From Octopus bimaculoides (lineage: Eukaryota): 64,000 nucleotides of DNA. The stretch is from assembly GCF_001194135.2 (NCBI RefSeq), contig NC_068981.1:115391245-115455244 (forward strand). Direction: 5' to 3'. Below, piece by piece: positions 25,550 through 37,828 of the stretch. The stretch's first letter is position 1. Each line of letters starts with the position of its first letter. Made by a program: the position numbers and the translations under genes. Below the pieces are notes generated by a model that was not told the origin of the DNA, made no database searches, and saw only the letters and a program-made list of their open reading frames with translations.

Positions 25550-26477
25550 NNNNNNNNNNNNNNNNNNNNNNNNNNNNNNNNNNNNNNNNNNNNNNNNNNN
25601 NNNNNNNNNNNNNNNNNNNNNNNNNNNNNNNNNNNNNNNNNNNNNNNNNNNNNNNNNNNNNNNNNNNNNNNNNNNNNNNNNNNNNNNNNNNNNNNNNNNN
25701 NNNNNNNNNNNNNNNNNNNNNNNNNNNNNNNNNNNNNNNNNNNNNNNNNNNNNNNNNNNNNNNNNNNNNNNNNNNNNNNNNNNNNNNNNNNNNNNNNNNN
25801 NNNNNNNNNNNNNNNNNNNNNNNNNNNNNNNNNNNNNNNNNNNNNNNNNNNNNNNNNNNNNNNNNNNNNNNNNNNNNNNNNNNNNNNNNNNNNNNNNNNN
25901 NNNNNNNNNNNNNNNNNNNNNNNNNNNNNNNNNNNNNNNNNNNNNNNNNNNNNNNNNNNNNNNNNNNNNNNNNNNNNNNNNNNNNNNNNNNNNNNNNNNN
26001 NNNNNNNNNNNNNNNNNNNNNNNNNNNNNNNNNNNNNNNNNNNNNNNNNNNNNNNNNNNNNNNNNNNNNNNNNNNNNNNNNNNNNNNNNNNNNNNNNNNN
26101 NNNNNNNNNNNNNNNNNNNNNNNNNNNNNNNNNNNNNNNNNNNNNNNNNNNNNNNNNNNNNNNNNNNNNNNNNNNNNNNNNNNNNNNNNNNNNNNNNNNN
26201 NNNNNNNNNNNNNNNNNNNNNNNNNNNNNNNNNNNNNNNNNNNNNNNNNNNNNNNNNNNNNNNNNNNNNNNNNNNNNNNNNNNNNNNNNNNNNNNNNNNN
26301 NNNNNNNNNNNNNNNNNNNNNNNNNNNNNNNNNNNNNNNNNNNNNNNNNNNNNNNNNNNNNNNNNNNNNNNNNNNNNNNNNNNNNNNNNNNNNNNNNNNN
26401 NNNNNNNNNNNNNNNNNNNNNNNNNNNNNNNNNNNNNNNNNNNNNNNNNNNNNNNNNNNNNNNNNNNNNNNNNNNNN
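25550..26477. other. Largest assembly gap (others near 670, 8666, 14499, 17086, 22863, 31222, 34994, 37055, 46203 and 60373)
   Basis: Runs of N, most of them bordered by microsatellites. Confidence 1.
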
Positions 26478-26499
26478 TATATATGCATGTGTGTGTGTA

Positions 26500-26711
26500 T
26501 GTTTGAGTGTCTATGTTTGTCCCTCCAACATCGTTTGACAACCGATGCTGGTGTGTTTACGTCCCCGTAACTTAGCGGTTCGGCAAAAGAGACCGATAAA
26601 ATAAGTACTAGGCTTACAAGGAATAAGTCCTGGGGTCGATTTGATCGACTAAAAGGCAGTGCTCCAGCATGGCCACAGTCAAAGTGCCTGATGCAAGTAA
26701 AAGAGTAAAGA
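26500..26711 (+). mobile_element. SINE family A, 3' half
   Basis: Tail sequence next to a gap. Similar 3' halves at about 53880-54045 (+), 62165-62365 (+) and a degenerate one at about 29905-30100 (-). Confidence 0.75.
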
Positions 26712-26953
26712 GTATTAAGGGATTTGAAAGATGAAGTATAGAAGTCTGCCAGTTAGCACGTACCTCAATTATTTATGGTTAAAAGTCGTACATAGCGCTC
26801 CAGTTCATTTGGACAGTGAAGTTAGAAAGGATATGTACAACTGTGGGCTAGTAGTTATTGCTTCTCTACAAGTGATATTTTTGCCAATTAATAGGATAGT
26901 TTCCTTTCATTTAAGCCCACCATGTACTTGAACGTAGCAAGAACAGCGTCTTA

Positions 26954-26954
<1 letters not shown>

Positions 26955-27033
<79 letters not shown>
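26955..27033. repeat. (AAT)n microsatellite
   Basis: Directly visible. Abuts the family-2 hammerhead repeat. Confidence 0.95.
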
Positions 27034-27035
<2 letters not shown>

Positions 27036-27092
27036 GACAACAACATTGAAAAATACCTTAGGAATGAGAACCCAAGTTCGAAATTTCCCCAA

Positions 27093-27138
27093 GAAACCTG
27101 AAGAAGGCTGGAGGGTATATCAGCCGAAACGTTGTGTT
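27093..27138 (+). ncRNA. Minimal type-I hammerhead motif, family 2
   Basis: GAAAC-CTGAAGA-A-GGCTG gagggtatat CAGCC-GAAAC-GTT-GTGTT, with one stem-I mismatch. Lies in a repeat (about 27040-27190) that recurs inverted at 59782-59912. Confidence 0.65.
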
Positions 27139-30100
27139 AACAACAAACAAGATGAGGACAAATATCCGTTGAATGTAAGTAATGTAAATAATGTACTTTC
27201 GTGGGATGTTATGCAGTAAGATCGATCTCGAGGTCTCGAGATTGCAAAGCTAACTTCTTAACATAACTATTTGACCATCCTGCGTCCAACGGTAAGAGTA
27301 TATAAATATTTATACATGTACACACATAAAATATGCATACACATGTACACACACACATGCATATACACACGGTAGTATAATGTGTATATATAACTGTTGC
27401 TTGCAAGAAATCTATCCTTTATAAACTAATGCGGGTGAGCATGGACCGATTTAAGCCGGTCATGTTTTCTGTTTTGTAGATGATAGATGCACTTGTTTAT
27501 AGTCTGTAGGTAGTGATCGTGGATTTTTTCACAGTGGTGGTCTTTCTGGTATTGGTGTGAAATACCGTCTCCTTGCTACTACCGTATTTGATAGATTATG
27601 TTGCGCCCATCACTTCTTATCGTATTTCACAAGGTTTCAGTTCTTGTTAAAACATTAAAATAGATATCCATCTATTTTGACAAGTGATCAACTTACTCTC
27701 ACCCTTATTCAAGTTTCTGCCACTAAATATTTTCATACTATTATTTTTTTTTTTACTTTCTATGTACATATTTACTGCACACTTTACAGAAAGTAAACAA
27801 AGAGATTCTGTTGCATAGCTTGTTTTCTTTCCAAGATAACAATCTGACCTTTCTTCAAAACATTTTTTAAATCTCTCTACTTTTAATGATGTTGTTTTAA
27901 ATAATATTTGTTTTTCGGTTATTTTGTGTTATTTTACTTTATTTCAACTTATTGTTTAATATTTATTTTAAATTTAAATATTCAATAAAAAGAAAATATT
28001 TTGAAATACAAATTTTAGATTCAACTTTCTCATGGCATGTATATGTATTAACATGTTCGTATCAAATTTACATTATATACTTTTAATTTATTATTTTAAT
28101 CTTAATCGTAAATTTAATACACGAAATACAAAGAAGATATAAAAATGTTCTATATGTTCCTTAGTTTGTTAAAGCTTTGATAGTCATTCTAAAATATCGT
28201 ACACTTAAAGCTCTTGAACTGTGTTTTACTAATCGTTTCAGCTCTATACTCTGAGAACTAAGTTTTTGTAGTTGTCTGTTGATGATTAACATAATTGTTG
28301 GATTAATGAGGTCATGGACGAAAACTTGTCTAGCTTGATTACAATCTTTTCAGGTGGTCGATCGTACTATAATAATGAGTCTGTATATTGCCATATTGCA
28401 TGTAGAAATGTTATCTCGAGAGAGACATTTCTAGTGTTAGCATCATATTCAATCTGGTGGTGGTGAGGGAACTGTAGGCTAAGAAACAAACAATGTTATG
28501 ATAATCAAAATAACTCCTGTTATGTTTTCAGATTTGTTTCTTTTGGGTAAAACGTAAATAAGTGTAGTGAAATTACATGGTGTGAGTCACATGAAACAAA
28601 ACAGCAGCTACACTTTTTAAAAGTGAGCAACCAAATATCAAAATTTTCATAATCATGCAATTCGTTACTTCTTTGATTTTTATAATACGTTTGGCACACT
28701 GTAGTGATGTATTACTTGCCCCCACAACCACTTGCTAGATCCATCCTGGATGACGTGTCAAAAAGGCAATATGTTCCATATCAAAACCTCACAACAATAA
28801 GAATGCTTCCACGCATTTACTCAACTACAGACAAATATCCCTCAAACGTCACCATCCTTAAGAAAGGACTCATTGAATTGCTTAGCTCGAGAGATAATTT
28901 TTCTGAAAAAGGAGATAAAGCAGATCTTACATTATAAACATGTAACTTAAACTTATGCTATTAGAGACTCTACATACGTGAACTAATTGCAGGTAATAGG
29001 CTGCAGCAGAGTCAATAACATTTATCATACAGGAACAGGCCACATCTTTAGGCCAGCATATCCCAAGCCCATTATGGGGCCCTTGAAATACACCTTGAAA
29101 TACATTCTAAGACAAAGGAAATTCCTACATAAAAATTATAAAGATTAAGCTTATCATAAGACTATCTTTGAAATATTTGGCAGTGCTAAATTTGTTTTGA
29201 TGCTACAAAAGAAGTTTAATAAATTTCATCTTAACTAAGAACTTGTTTAGAAGAAATTCCCCTAAACTTCCCTAATATAAGGTCATTTTTCCCATGGGTT
29301 CACTTTACATATGTAAACCCACAAAAATGGGTTTACATATCATTAACCAATATATCACTATATGTTGCGGAACCCCTAATGATCTCTCAGGAAACCTCAG
29401 AATTTTGCGAAATCCCGACTGGGAAAAACGTTCCACTAGAAACACTGAAAATGACAGCTATAATTCATATAATGTAGAGGATAAATATCTAAATATTAGC
29501 TCCAGCTAATGCGTCAACACAACAATGTAGCAAAGTTATTCTTTATTACAAAATGACACTGTAAAAAAAAAACTATGGAATTTTAGTATCCAGAGGGACC
29601 AAAAGATCATACATAATATGGCTGGCATCATTTTACATAATGAAAATAACAATAGTATATTAATTATTGATATTGCAATGTAAAATGATTATTATGCTAT
29701 GTTGGAACGAGCAGAACAGCTAAGAAATTACAACGGGCCCTTTTCAGCTTGGTTGACGAGGAAACTCAACCACTTTTGTTAAGGTGTCAGGTCACATAAA
29801 TATCGTTATAATCACGTTCATAAAGTAATAATACTAAGGTCTGTAAATATGGTTACAATATGTTCACGTAGCGTGTGCTCATTTTAAACAGTAATTGTAT
29901 ACTCTTCAGTCTTTTACTGTTTTTTCTCATTGAACTGCAGCTATGTTGGTGTGCTGTCTTGAAGGTTTTTGTTGAGAACCTCACCCGTAGTACATACTTT
30001 AAGTCTAGTACTAATTTTATTGGCCTTGTTGCCTAAACGTTTGGTTACAAGAACATAAACAAACCAACACCAGATGCCAAGCAGTGAGAGATAAGCACAC

Positions 30101-31117
30101 ACGCATGTATATGTATGTACTTTATTTTACCAACTCTAGTGGGATGAAAGGCAAAGTTAGCCTAGTGGCGTTCTGCAACCTTCTGGCGCATGTTGATAAT
30201 AGGTCCATTCACTTGAGCCATCGCACCAAATTCACCCACATTTTAGCAAATTCAGTAGAGGACACTACACCACTCTCATCGACTTGCACGTAAAGTGGAA
30301 ACTGATACATGTTTGCTCGAATGCTTTCAATCTTGTTCACTCGACAAGCTCCGTTGCATTGGCCACTAGAGAGAAAAAATCGCCTACTTTTCTCGACCTA
30401 TGGTAAGCGTGATAAGGAAAGACCACGTGATCTGAGGATAAGAGTGAACACGCATATAAAGGAGTTCCTGCTAAATGAAGAACACCAATAAAAGAAAAAA
30501 ATGTAGCGCAAGTAACACAAGATGAAAAACTGTATATAACACAGCATGATAACAAAATGAGGAGGACAAGAATCTAGTAAGAAAAAAAAAAATGAAACAA
30601 AACATAATTCTTAACCCCTCTACCGAAGAAAGTTATGTAAATGAGATTAACATAAATATTTCAAAACAAACAAGCCATGCGTTACATGAAACCCATGGGC
30701 TACCGAGGAAAAGTCATAAGTACTTCCCCAATGTTTATTTAATCAAAATTAATCTTTATAAGATTGTGGATGACACTGGATGTCAGTAACTGAGGACACA
30801 CTTTCACTACATACAGTTTATTGTTTTGTTCACTAATCGTTATCACAGTGTCTTATTATTTGAAACAATAGATCTATGGGTCATACTTAGTCGCTCGGTA
30901 GACTACCACCGTGTCTTAGGTTTGCTAAATGGAACTCATACAGAGGTTAGTCACCCACCCACAAAAAAAAAAAGAAAAAGGAAAATCTAAGAGACGATGT
31001 CACCTTCAGTATGATAGAAATAGGGACTTGTTAGTTTAGAAAATTCTGAAGATTCGATTTGCAACGCCAAAACTAATGCAATTATCAAACACAAAAAGGA
31101 ATATTGTTTGTATGTTT

Positions 31118-31158
<41 letters not shown>

Positions 31159-31405
31159 TAGATAGACTGATTGATAGACAGACAGATAGACATATAGATA
31201 GAAAGATACACACACACATATNNNNNNNNNNNNNNNNNNNNNNNNNNNNNNNNNNNNNNNNNNNNNNNNNNNNNNNNNNNNNNNNNNNNNNNNNNNNNNN
31301 NNNNNNNNATACATATATACATATATGTATATAAAGATTTACTTTTCGTAATGAGGTAAAAAAAACACAAGGCTGTGTATAATATAGTGCATTTATAAAT
31401 GGAAT

Positions 31406-31453
31406 GTCTTACAGCTGTTTCTAGGATATTTATTATATCCTTTCATCGGAGAC
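31406..31453 (-). ncRNA. Minimal type-I hammerhead motif, family 3
   Basis: Minus strand: GTCT-CCGATGA-A-AGGATAT aataa ATATCCT-A-GAAAC-AGCT-GTA-AGAC. 7-bp stem II, palindromic ACAGCUGU stem III, GUA triplet, one core substitution (U4C). Confidence 0.7.
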
Positions 31454-32024
31454 GGTGTGAGAGGATGATTAAGCAATAGTTAGTTTAGTTAAATTAGGAA
31501 ATAGAGAGTGAATGTAGGGATATTGTATTTGTAAATCTATTAATCTATTGTTTAGGCAGAATGGTATACATATAAGATTCAAATACCTTTTTGAGTAAAA
31601 TCCAATAGTTTTTAAGATTGGTCGTTGCCTTTGTAAATCCATTATTAAGATTCCAATACCCTATGAGTAAAATCCAACAGTCTTTGAAATTGGTCATATA
31701 TGTATACATATACACATACATATTTATATATTATTATTATTTCAAGGTCACAATACATGTATTAAAGCGCTACTAATTGTTTCACATGTTAAGAGTACTC
31801 AAACATATTCATCAGGCGCAAATCACATATAGCGAACTAAATGTAGACTTTGTTTGGCTGAAAGAGCACAGATCCTGTTCAGATCTATGATACGTAACTC
31901 TTTATTGAACTGCAGGTCAGCTGCCTTCTCAGCTTCATCGCGTTTATTCTATTTATTCAGTTTTTTTAGTTCGTTATGAATATGTTTGAAAACATTTAGT
32001 TTTAAATCTCTGAGCGAAAATTAA

Positions 32025-32545
32025 GTAGTAATAGTACTACAGAGTAAATTCTATTTGCCAACGTAAATTGGTAGTCCTGGTTATGACGATGTTAGTACCT
32101 GTTTTAGCCCTAGGAAAACATCTGGCTACCGACGCACAACTGCACCCTTATACTTCGAACAAGGGAGCTAACCAGGACTGCCAATTTACGTTGGCAAATA
32201 AATTTTACTCTGTATTACTGTTACTGTTTCTCACTCTGAGATTTAAAACTAGACGCTTTTCTCTTTAAGAGATAAGTGACTGTGTGTCACTTTAAAAGTT
32301 TATACCTCGAAGAATACCTAGTGCTGCCATCCCGAGCCAGCGATTATCCCGTGCCAATGAAGAAAATAACCCAGAAACCATGGTCCGCAGGTACCGTTTA
32401 AGACTGAGTGTGGACATTAGCTCCCTTGTTCGGGGTATAAGAACGCAGTTGTGCGTCGGTATCCAGCTGGAAAAGACGTTTGCCTGGGTTTAAAAAAGGC
32501 AGTAACATCGTCCTAAATAGGAGTGCCAATTTACATCGGCAAATA
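32025..32545. mobile_element. Second, rearranged member of the 24720 repeat family
   Basis: Inverted 43-bp arms at 32041-32083 and 32169-32211, followed by a unit similar to 25085-25360. Confidence 0.6.
32348..32391 (+). ncRNA. Degenerate hammerhead motif, family 4
   Basis: CCCGTG-CCAATGA-AGAAAATAACCCA-GAAAC-CATG-GTC-CGCAGG. Keeps the palindromic ACCAUGGU stem III and a GUC triplet, but the core is mutated. Confidence 0.4.
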
Positions 32546-32547
32546 GA

Positions 32548-32618
<71 letters not shown>

Positions 32619-32657
32619 GTCTCTGTCTCTGTCTCTATCTGTCTGTCTGTCTCTCTC

Positions 32658-32699
<42 letters not shown>

Positions 32700-33479
32700 G
32701 ATTATGATTTTTTCAAAACCTAATAACCCTATACTATAATTCGATGAATAATTTCATAAAAGTCAGGAAGCTAACATATATTTTGCATTATTTGACAAAT
32801 ACGCTACCCCAACTAAAAGAATTCGATCACCACTTTTGACCCAAATCATGCAAAATTCTAGTGTGGTGATTGATAACACCTGCTCAAGTTTTTAACAAAC
32901 TTGGTGCGCTGTCTTAATGCAATGCAAAAATAGTATATCTGAAATTTTAGCTTTCTAGTCGAAGTAGTTTCAGGATTATTAGCATTTTAAACTATAATCA
33001 TAAAGTGGCAGTAGATTCACACTTCAGTATTTCTGCTGGCTAAATCCTTGAAAATGCAAGAGAGATGTGGAATAAAAGTTTATTCATATATTTTAAAGAT
33101 TACTGAATTGAGATTGCTCTATGCAAAGGTTCAAAACTAGGCTATTTTAAGACAGAAGCCACTACACGCATTCGGTAACATACAAGATTAAAAACAATGC
33201 ACGTTTTTAACTTTATAGGTTTAATTCCAATTTTAAATAACTGTATAAGAAAAAGGGTGCTGAATGTTAGCAAATTTTTAAACACAACGAAGAATTAATA
33301 TGTTTTGTTAGATAAAATAAATCGAAGCTGAAGTTTCTCCTTTTCACAAACATCATAAAGATTTTGAAGGCACTTGATTGCCTGTTCTGCACTCTGATTT
33401 GTTCTTGGAATTTCCAGTTTCGATGGTTCTCAACTCTAAAAGTTTTTTTTACAGAGTTCAATGCTTTTTAATGAACTTG

Positions 33480-34990
33480 CAGGTTACCACATAACATCTG
33501 ATAATCATGTACATTGAGCATTTGGTCAGTAAACCCAAAATCTGCCCCTGCTGTAAGAGATGAATCGACAAACATTGAGAAGCAAAACTCTTTTCTCTGG
33601 TAGAAGAATGAACGCTAGTATTGCTCGAGAATTCCATCTTGCATTACTTTAGTTGGGTATTTTTTTGAAACTTTATAGTAGGAAATTTGCCGGTTTCTTC
33701 AAAGAAACAGAAAGCTCTGGTCAAATGAAATAGAAATTTCCTGTCTTCTCGCCATCCTGCTGGTTCAGTAATCTTTTCTTCGCCTGGAGTTTTTCGTAAT
33801 TACTTAGAAGCTCTGGGATGAATGTATATTCAGTGTTAGGAGATGACTTTTTTCTCCAAGTTCGTTATCCATTACAACACGAAGAACCAATAAATTGCAG
33901 TTCTCTCAAACAATTTTGAGCAAACGGTCTTTGCATCTGAATGATAATGCCATTTCTTTTCTCGGTGTTCACACACGTTGTATCGGCGACAATCATTTTT
34001 TACATAATTCCATTAATTGTATTCATCTAAAACAGCTGTTATTCCTTTCACAACAATATCGGCTTTTACGCTTGGTAATTGGAGTGCTTCTAACTTAACT
34101 TCTCTCTGTTCATTCTTTAAAACTAGCACTTGGTATTCTTGGTCATCAATACGTTTACCATCAAAATGCAATGACCAGTTTTCCAAATGTACTGTTTTGC
34201 TTTGTTCATTTTCTTTTTTAGTTTAACAGCTTCTTTGATAGTCGATCTGTAAATACCACATTGGGAATGAATCTCGACATTGACTCCATTTTGAGATAAT
34301 TGTCGACAAACTGTTGTTGCTTTTTGGGTTGATAGCTTGGAAGATATTACTAACTTTGTAGCAGTTCCAGATTTGTTATACTTCCTCCTTGTTTGTGTGG
34401 ATTCTTCATCTGATTTTTTGGACTCTTGGTATTCACTTTCAGTCTCTGCTTCAGATGTTGACGATGAAACTGGAATTGCTCTGGTTGAAGTTGGCATTAA
34501 GGACAGTTTTCTTCTTTTGGATGGATAGATAGTTTTGGAACTGGCTGAGTTTCCAGTTCCATACCCAACTTGTCCCTTGCTTTCGATTTGAAGATAATAC
34601 AACCTTCTATCTTCACTGCACAGCCATTCACCGTTTTCCTTTGTGATGTCAAAAATTCCTTTCAATGAATCGTATTTTCCTCGTTTTACACATTTATCGC
34701 AGATATTCAGCACTTTTTCTACTTTTGCTTATACATTTTGAATTGATAAATATGGGAAATTTATTTATTATCTTTTTTTTGCCATAAAAAAGGTACTTTC
34801 GAAATTTCCTTTATTCTTTCTTTCCTTCCTTTGATGGTACCTCCAAGGAACAGGTAGCAACCGACAATTAATTGGTATTCTGTAGTTGTTTTCCAAAGAA
34901 TGCTTTTCTAGAGGAAGAGGTCATTCTTTTTTCCTATGTGAGTCTTGAAATTGCACGAGATTCTTCGTCCAAATTTTTTTGTTTCTTCGA
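33480..34990 (-). mobile_element. Decayed DNA transposase (RNase H-like), superfamily uncertain
   Basis: ORF 34123-34713 plus frameshifted continuation WSLHFDGKRIDDQEYQVLVLKN...LDEYNLW..VKMIVADTTCVNTEKRNG. Two candidate catalytic Asp residues (FDGK, ADTT). Multiple stops and frameshifts. Confidence 0.6.
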
Positions 34991-37744
34991 GTGNNNNNNN
35001 NNNNNNNNNNNNNNNNNNNNNNNNNNNNNNNNNNNNNNNNNNNNNNNNNNNNNNNNNNNNNNNNNNNNNNNNNNNNNNNNNNNNNNNNNNNNNNNNNNNN
35101 NNNNNNNNNNNNNNNNNNNNNNNNNNNNNNNNNNNNNNNNNNNNNNNNNNNNNNNNNNNNNNNNNNNNNNNNNNNNNNNNNNNNNNNNNNNNNNNNNNNN
35201 NNNNNNNNNNNNNNNNNNNNNNNNNNNNNNNNNNNNNNNNNNNNNNNNNNNNNNNNNNNNNNNNNNNNNNNNNNNNNNNNNNNNNNNNNNNNNNNNNNNN
35301 NNNNNNNNNNNNNNNNNNNNNNNNNNNNNTATATATTCGTACGCCTGCAGGCATTGGCGGTCATGTTTCTCATTAATAATGTCTTAAGATACATGATATT
35401 TCTTGTGACAGGTACCGAAGTAGTTTCCTGATGCCTTCTGCTGGTTTCTTTACAATTCTACTTGTCTCCTGCTTCTCGAGCTTACGTTTGAGGCGCAACG
35501 CCTGTTTATCCATAAGGCGATGACTGAAACAAACAAACGATAAAAGATATATCGAACTTAGTAAAGTAAGTGAATAAAAAATAAAAACCTGAAATAATGA
35601 AACATAAATTATTGACTAGAATTAGCAAATTATTGTGATTATAACCAGTCCGAGGAGAATTACTTTCAATACCAAGTCATTTTAATTACAACAACGAAAG
35701 TATCAGTGGTATTCTGTTAGAGTATTTCGTTATGGTAATTTTAGAATATATCTGTTGATATAACATGGTGGTTACCGGACTCCTTTGGGAAATATTAAAA
35801 AAAAAAGAAGCAGTTCATCATTAAGATATATTCTCCCGAAATTGTGGAGTGAAATAAAGAATTGTGTTGGTTTTGTGGGGTACAAAAATACATCATTGGA
35901 AGTGGGAGCAAACTACCTAGATATCTTTTAAATAACAATATATCCAGGTTATCTACACTTATAATATTTTGCCTTCAAGCAATAATAATCCAGTAAAGAC
36001 GGTTGAAAAAACAAATTGGAACTAAATATGTAGAATACTAATACAAGAACAACTTCGTGATTAGAAGGTGGCAGACACAAATGCTGTTGACAGAAATTAC
36101 AAAATTGAAGAAATTACAGGAAAATACCATATTTTGTAAAATTTAGATGATAATGCTCCTTAAATGTGTTCTTATTGAGAAAGATAATAAAATAAAGGCT
36201 TCACACCAACAAATTAGCCTAGCTTAGAGTAACATAAATGTTTCCATGAAGCAGATTACATATAAACTCAAGATGCAATGGTTGCACAATGATACGCATT
36301 CTGGGGAAAGCAAATAACTGATCGGATTAATGTCAGTACATGACTTGTGATTACTTTTGACGAATTCAGTAATATGAAATGCAAAAGCTGATCTAATATC
36401 AAAATACCACTCGGCTTTTTATCCGATACTCGAATGAATCTACACCCCAATAATAACTGTTTCGCATATAGACACAAGTCCTAAAATCCGGATGTGAGGA
36501 TTAGTCGATTAAATTGACTACGGTGCTTGATTTTGTCAATAAAAGATGAAAGAAGCAGAAGTGGTCTCTTCGGGATTTGAACCCGTAAAAAGCCGAAATG
36601 AAAGCCGCGTTTGACATGCACATTTTTGGTAATCTAACAATTAATAACACTAATGTAAGAATTTCCACCAGACTGCGTAAAATTATGAACCGAGGTAGTG
36701 CCAATGTATGGGAGTGTATTAGGTTGGTTTTGGTCTGTAGGGAATAGTTGTTAGAAGTGAATTTTAAGAAAACGAAAGTTATTTATAGACTTCATGACTT
36801 GTTCACTCTGTCAGTGAACGATAACTATTAGCTGGTAATTTTAACAACATAAACATGTGGCAATTGCCTGGAAAATCATATTTTATGCTCTTCTATTCTA
36901 TCATCTTATTAATGACACGACTTTTGTGTTAAACAGTGGAAAGTACACATCCTGTAAATGCAAGAGTATGTGAAGAACAACATTAAATCATCGGATTAAT
37001 ATTGCACCTGTTATATTGACGCTCACACACACTTATATATATATATATATATATNNNNNNNNNNNNNNNNNNNNNNNNNNNNNNNNNNNNNNNNNNNNNN
37101 NNNNNNNNNNNNNNNNNNNNNNNNNNNNNNNNNNNNNNNNNNNNNNNNNNNNNNNNNNNNNNNNNNNNNNNNNNNNNNNNNNNNNNNNNNNNNNNNNNNN
37201 NNNNNNNNNNNNNNNNNNNNNNNNNNNNNNNNNNNNNNNNNNNNNNNNNNNNNNNNNNNNNNNNNNNNNNNNNNNNNNNNNNNNNNNNNNNNNNNNNNNN
37301 NNNNNNNNNNNNNNNNNNNNNNNNNNNNNNNNNNNNNNNNNNNNNNNNNNNNNNNNNNNNNNNNNNNNNNNNNNNNNNNNNNNNNNNNNNNNNNNNNNNN
37401 NNNNNNNNNNNNNNNNNNNNNNNNNNNNNNNNNNNNNNNNNNNNNNNNNNNNNNNNNNNNNNNNNNNNNNNNNNNNNNNNNNNNNNNNNNNNNNNNNNNN
37501 NNNNNNNNNNNNNNNNNNNNNNNNNNNNNNNNNNNNNNNNNNNNNNNNNNNNNNNNNNNNNNNNNNNNNNNNNNNNNNNNNNNNNNNNNNNNNNNNNNNN
37601 NNNNNNNNNNNNNNNNNNNNNNNNNNNNNNNNNNNNNNNNNNNNNNNNNNNNNNNNNNNNNNNNNNNNNNNNNNNNNNNNNNNNNNNNNNNNNNNNNNNN
37701 NNNNNNNNNNNNNNNNNNNNNNNNATATATATATATACATACAT

Positions 37745-37794
<50 letters not shown>

Positions 37795-37797
37795 GCA

Positions 37798-37828
<31 letters not shown>

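Noticed and set aside
25458-26570. Long ORFs spanning N runs (also 629-1090, 14452-14772, 34872-35431, 36983-37900, 46120-46711)
   Set aside because: Open only because gaps contain no stop codons.
28301-28335. Hammerhead-like TAATGAG-GTC atg GAC-GAAAACTTGTC
   Set aside because: Core is mutated, there is no stem I, and no second copy supports it.
29309-29340. Perfect 13-bp hairpin ATATGTAAACCCA/TGGGTTTACATAT
   Set aside because: Single short AT-rich hairpin, probably part of a decayed DNA-transposon remnant. No further support.
36550-36600. tRNA-like GGGATTTGAACCCG motif (also about 2378 and the heads of SINE copies)
   Set aside because: These are SINE heads. No complete cloverleaf could be built, so no tRNA gene is called.
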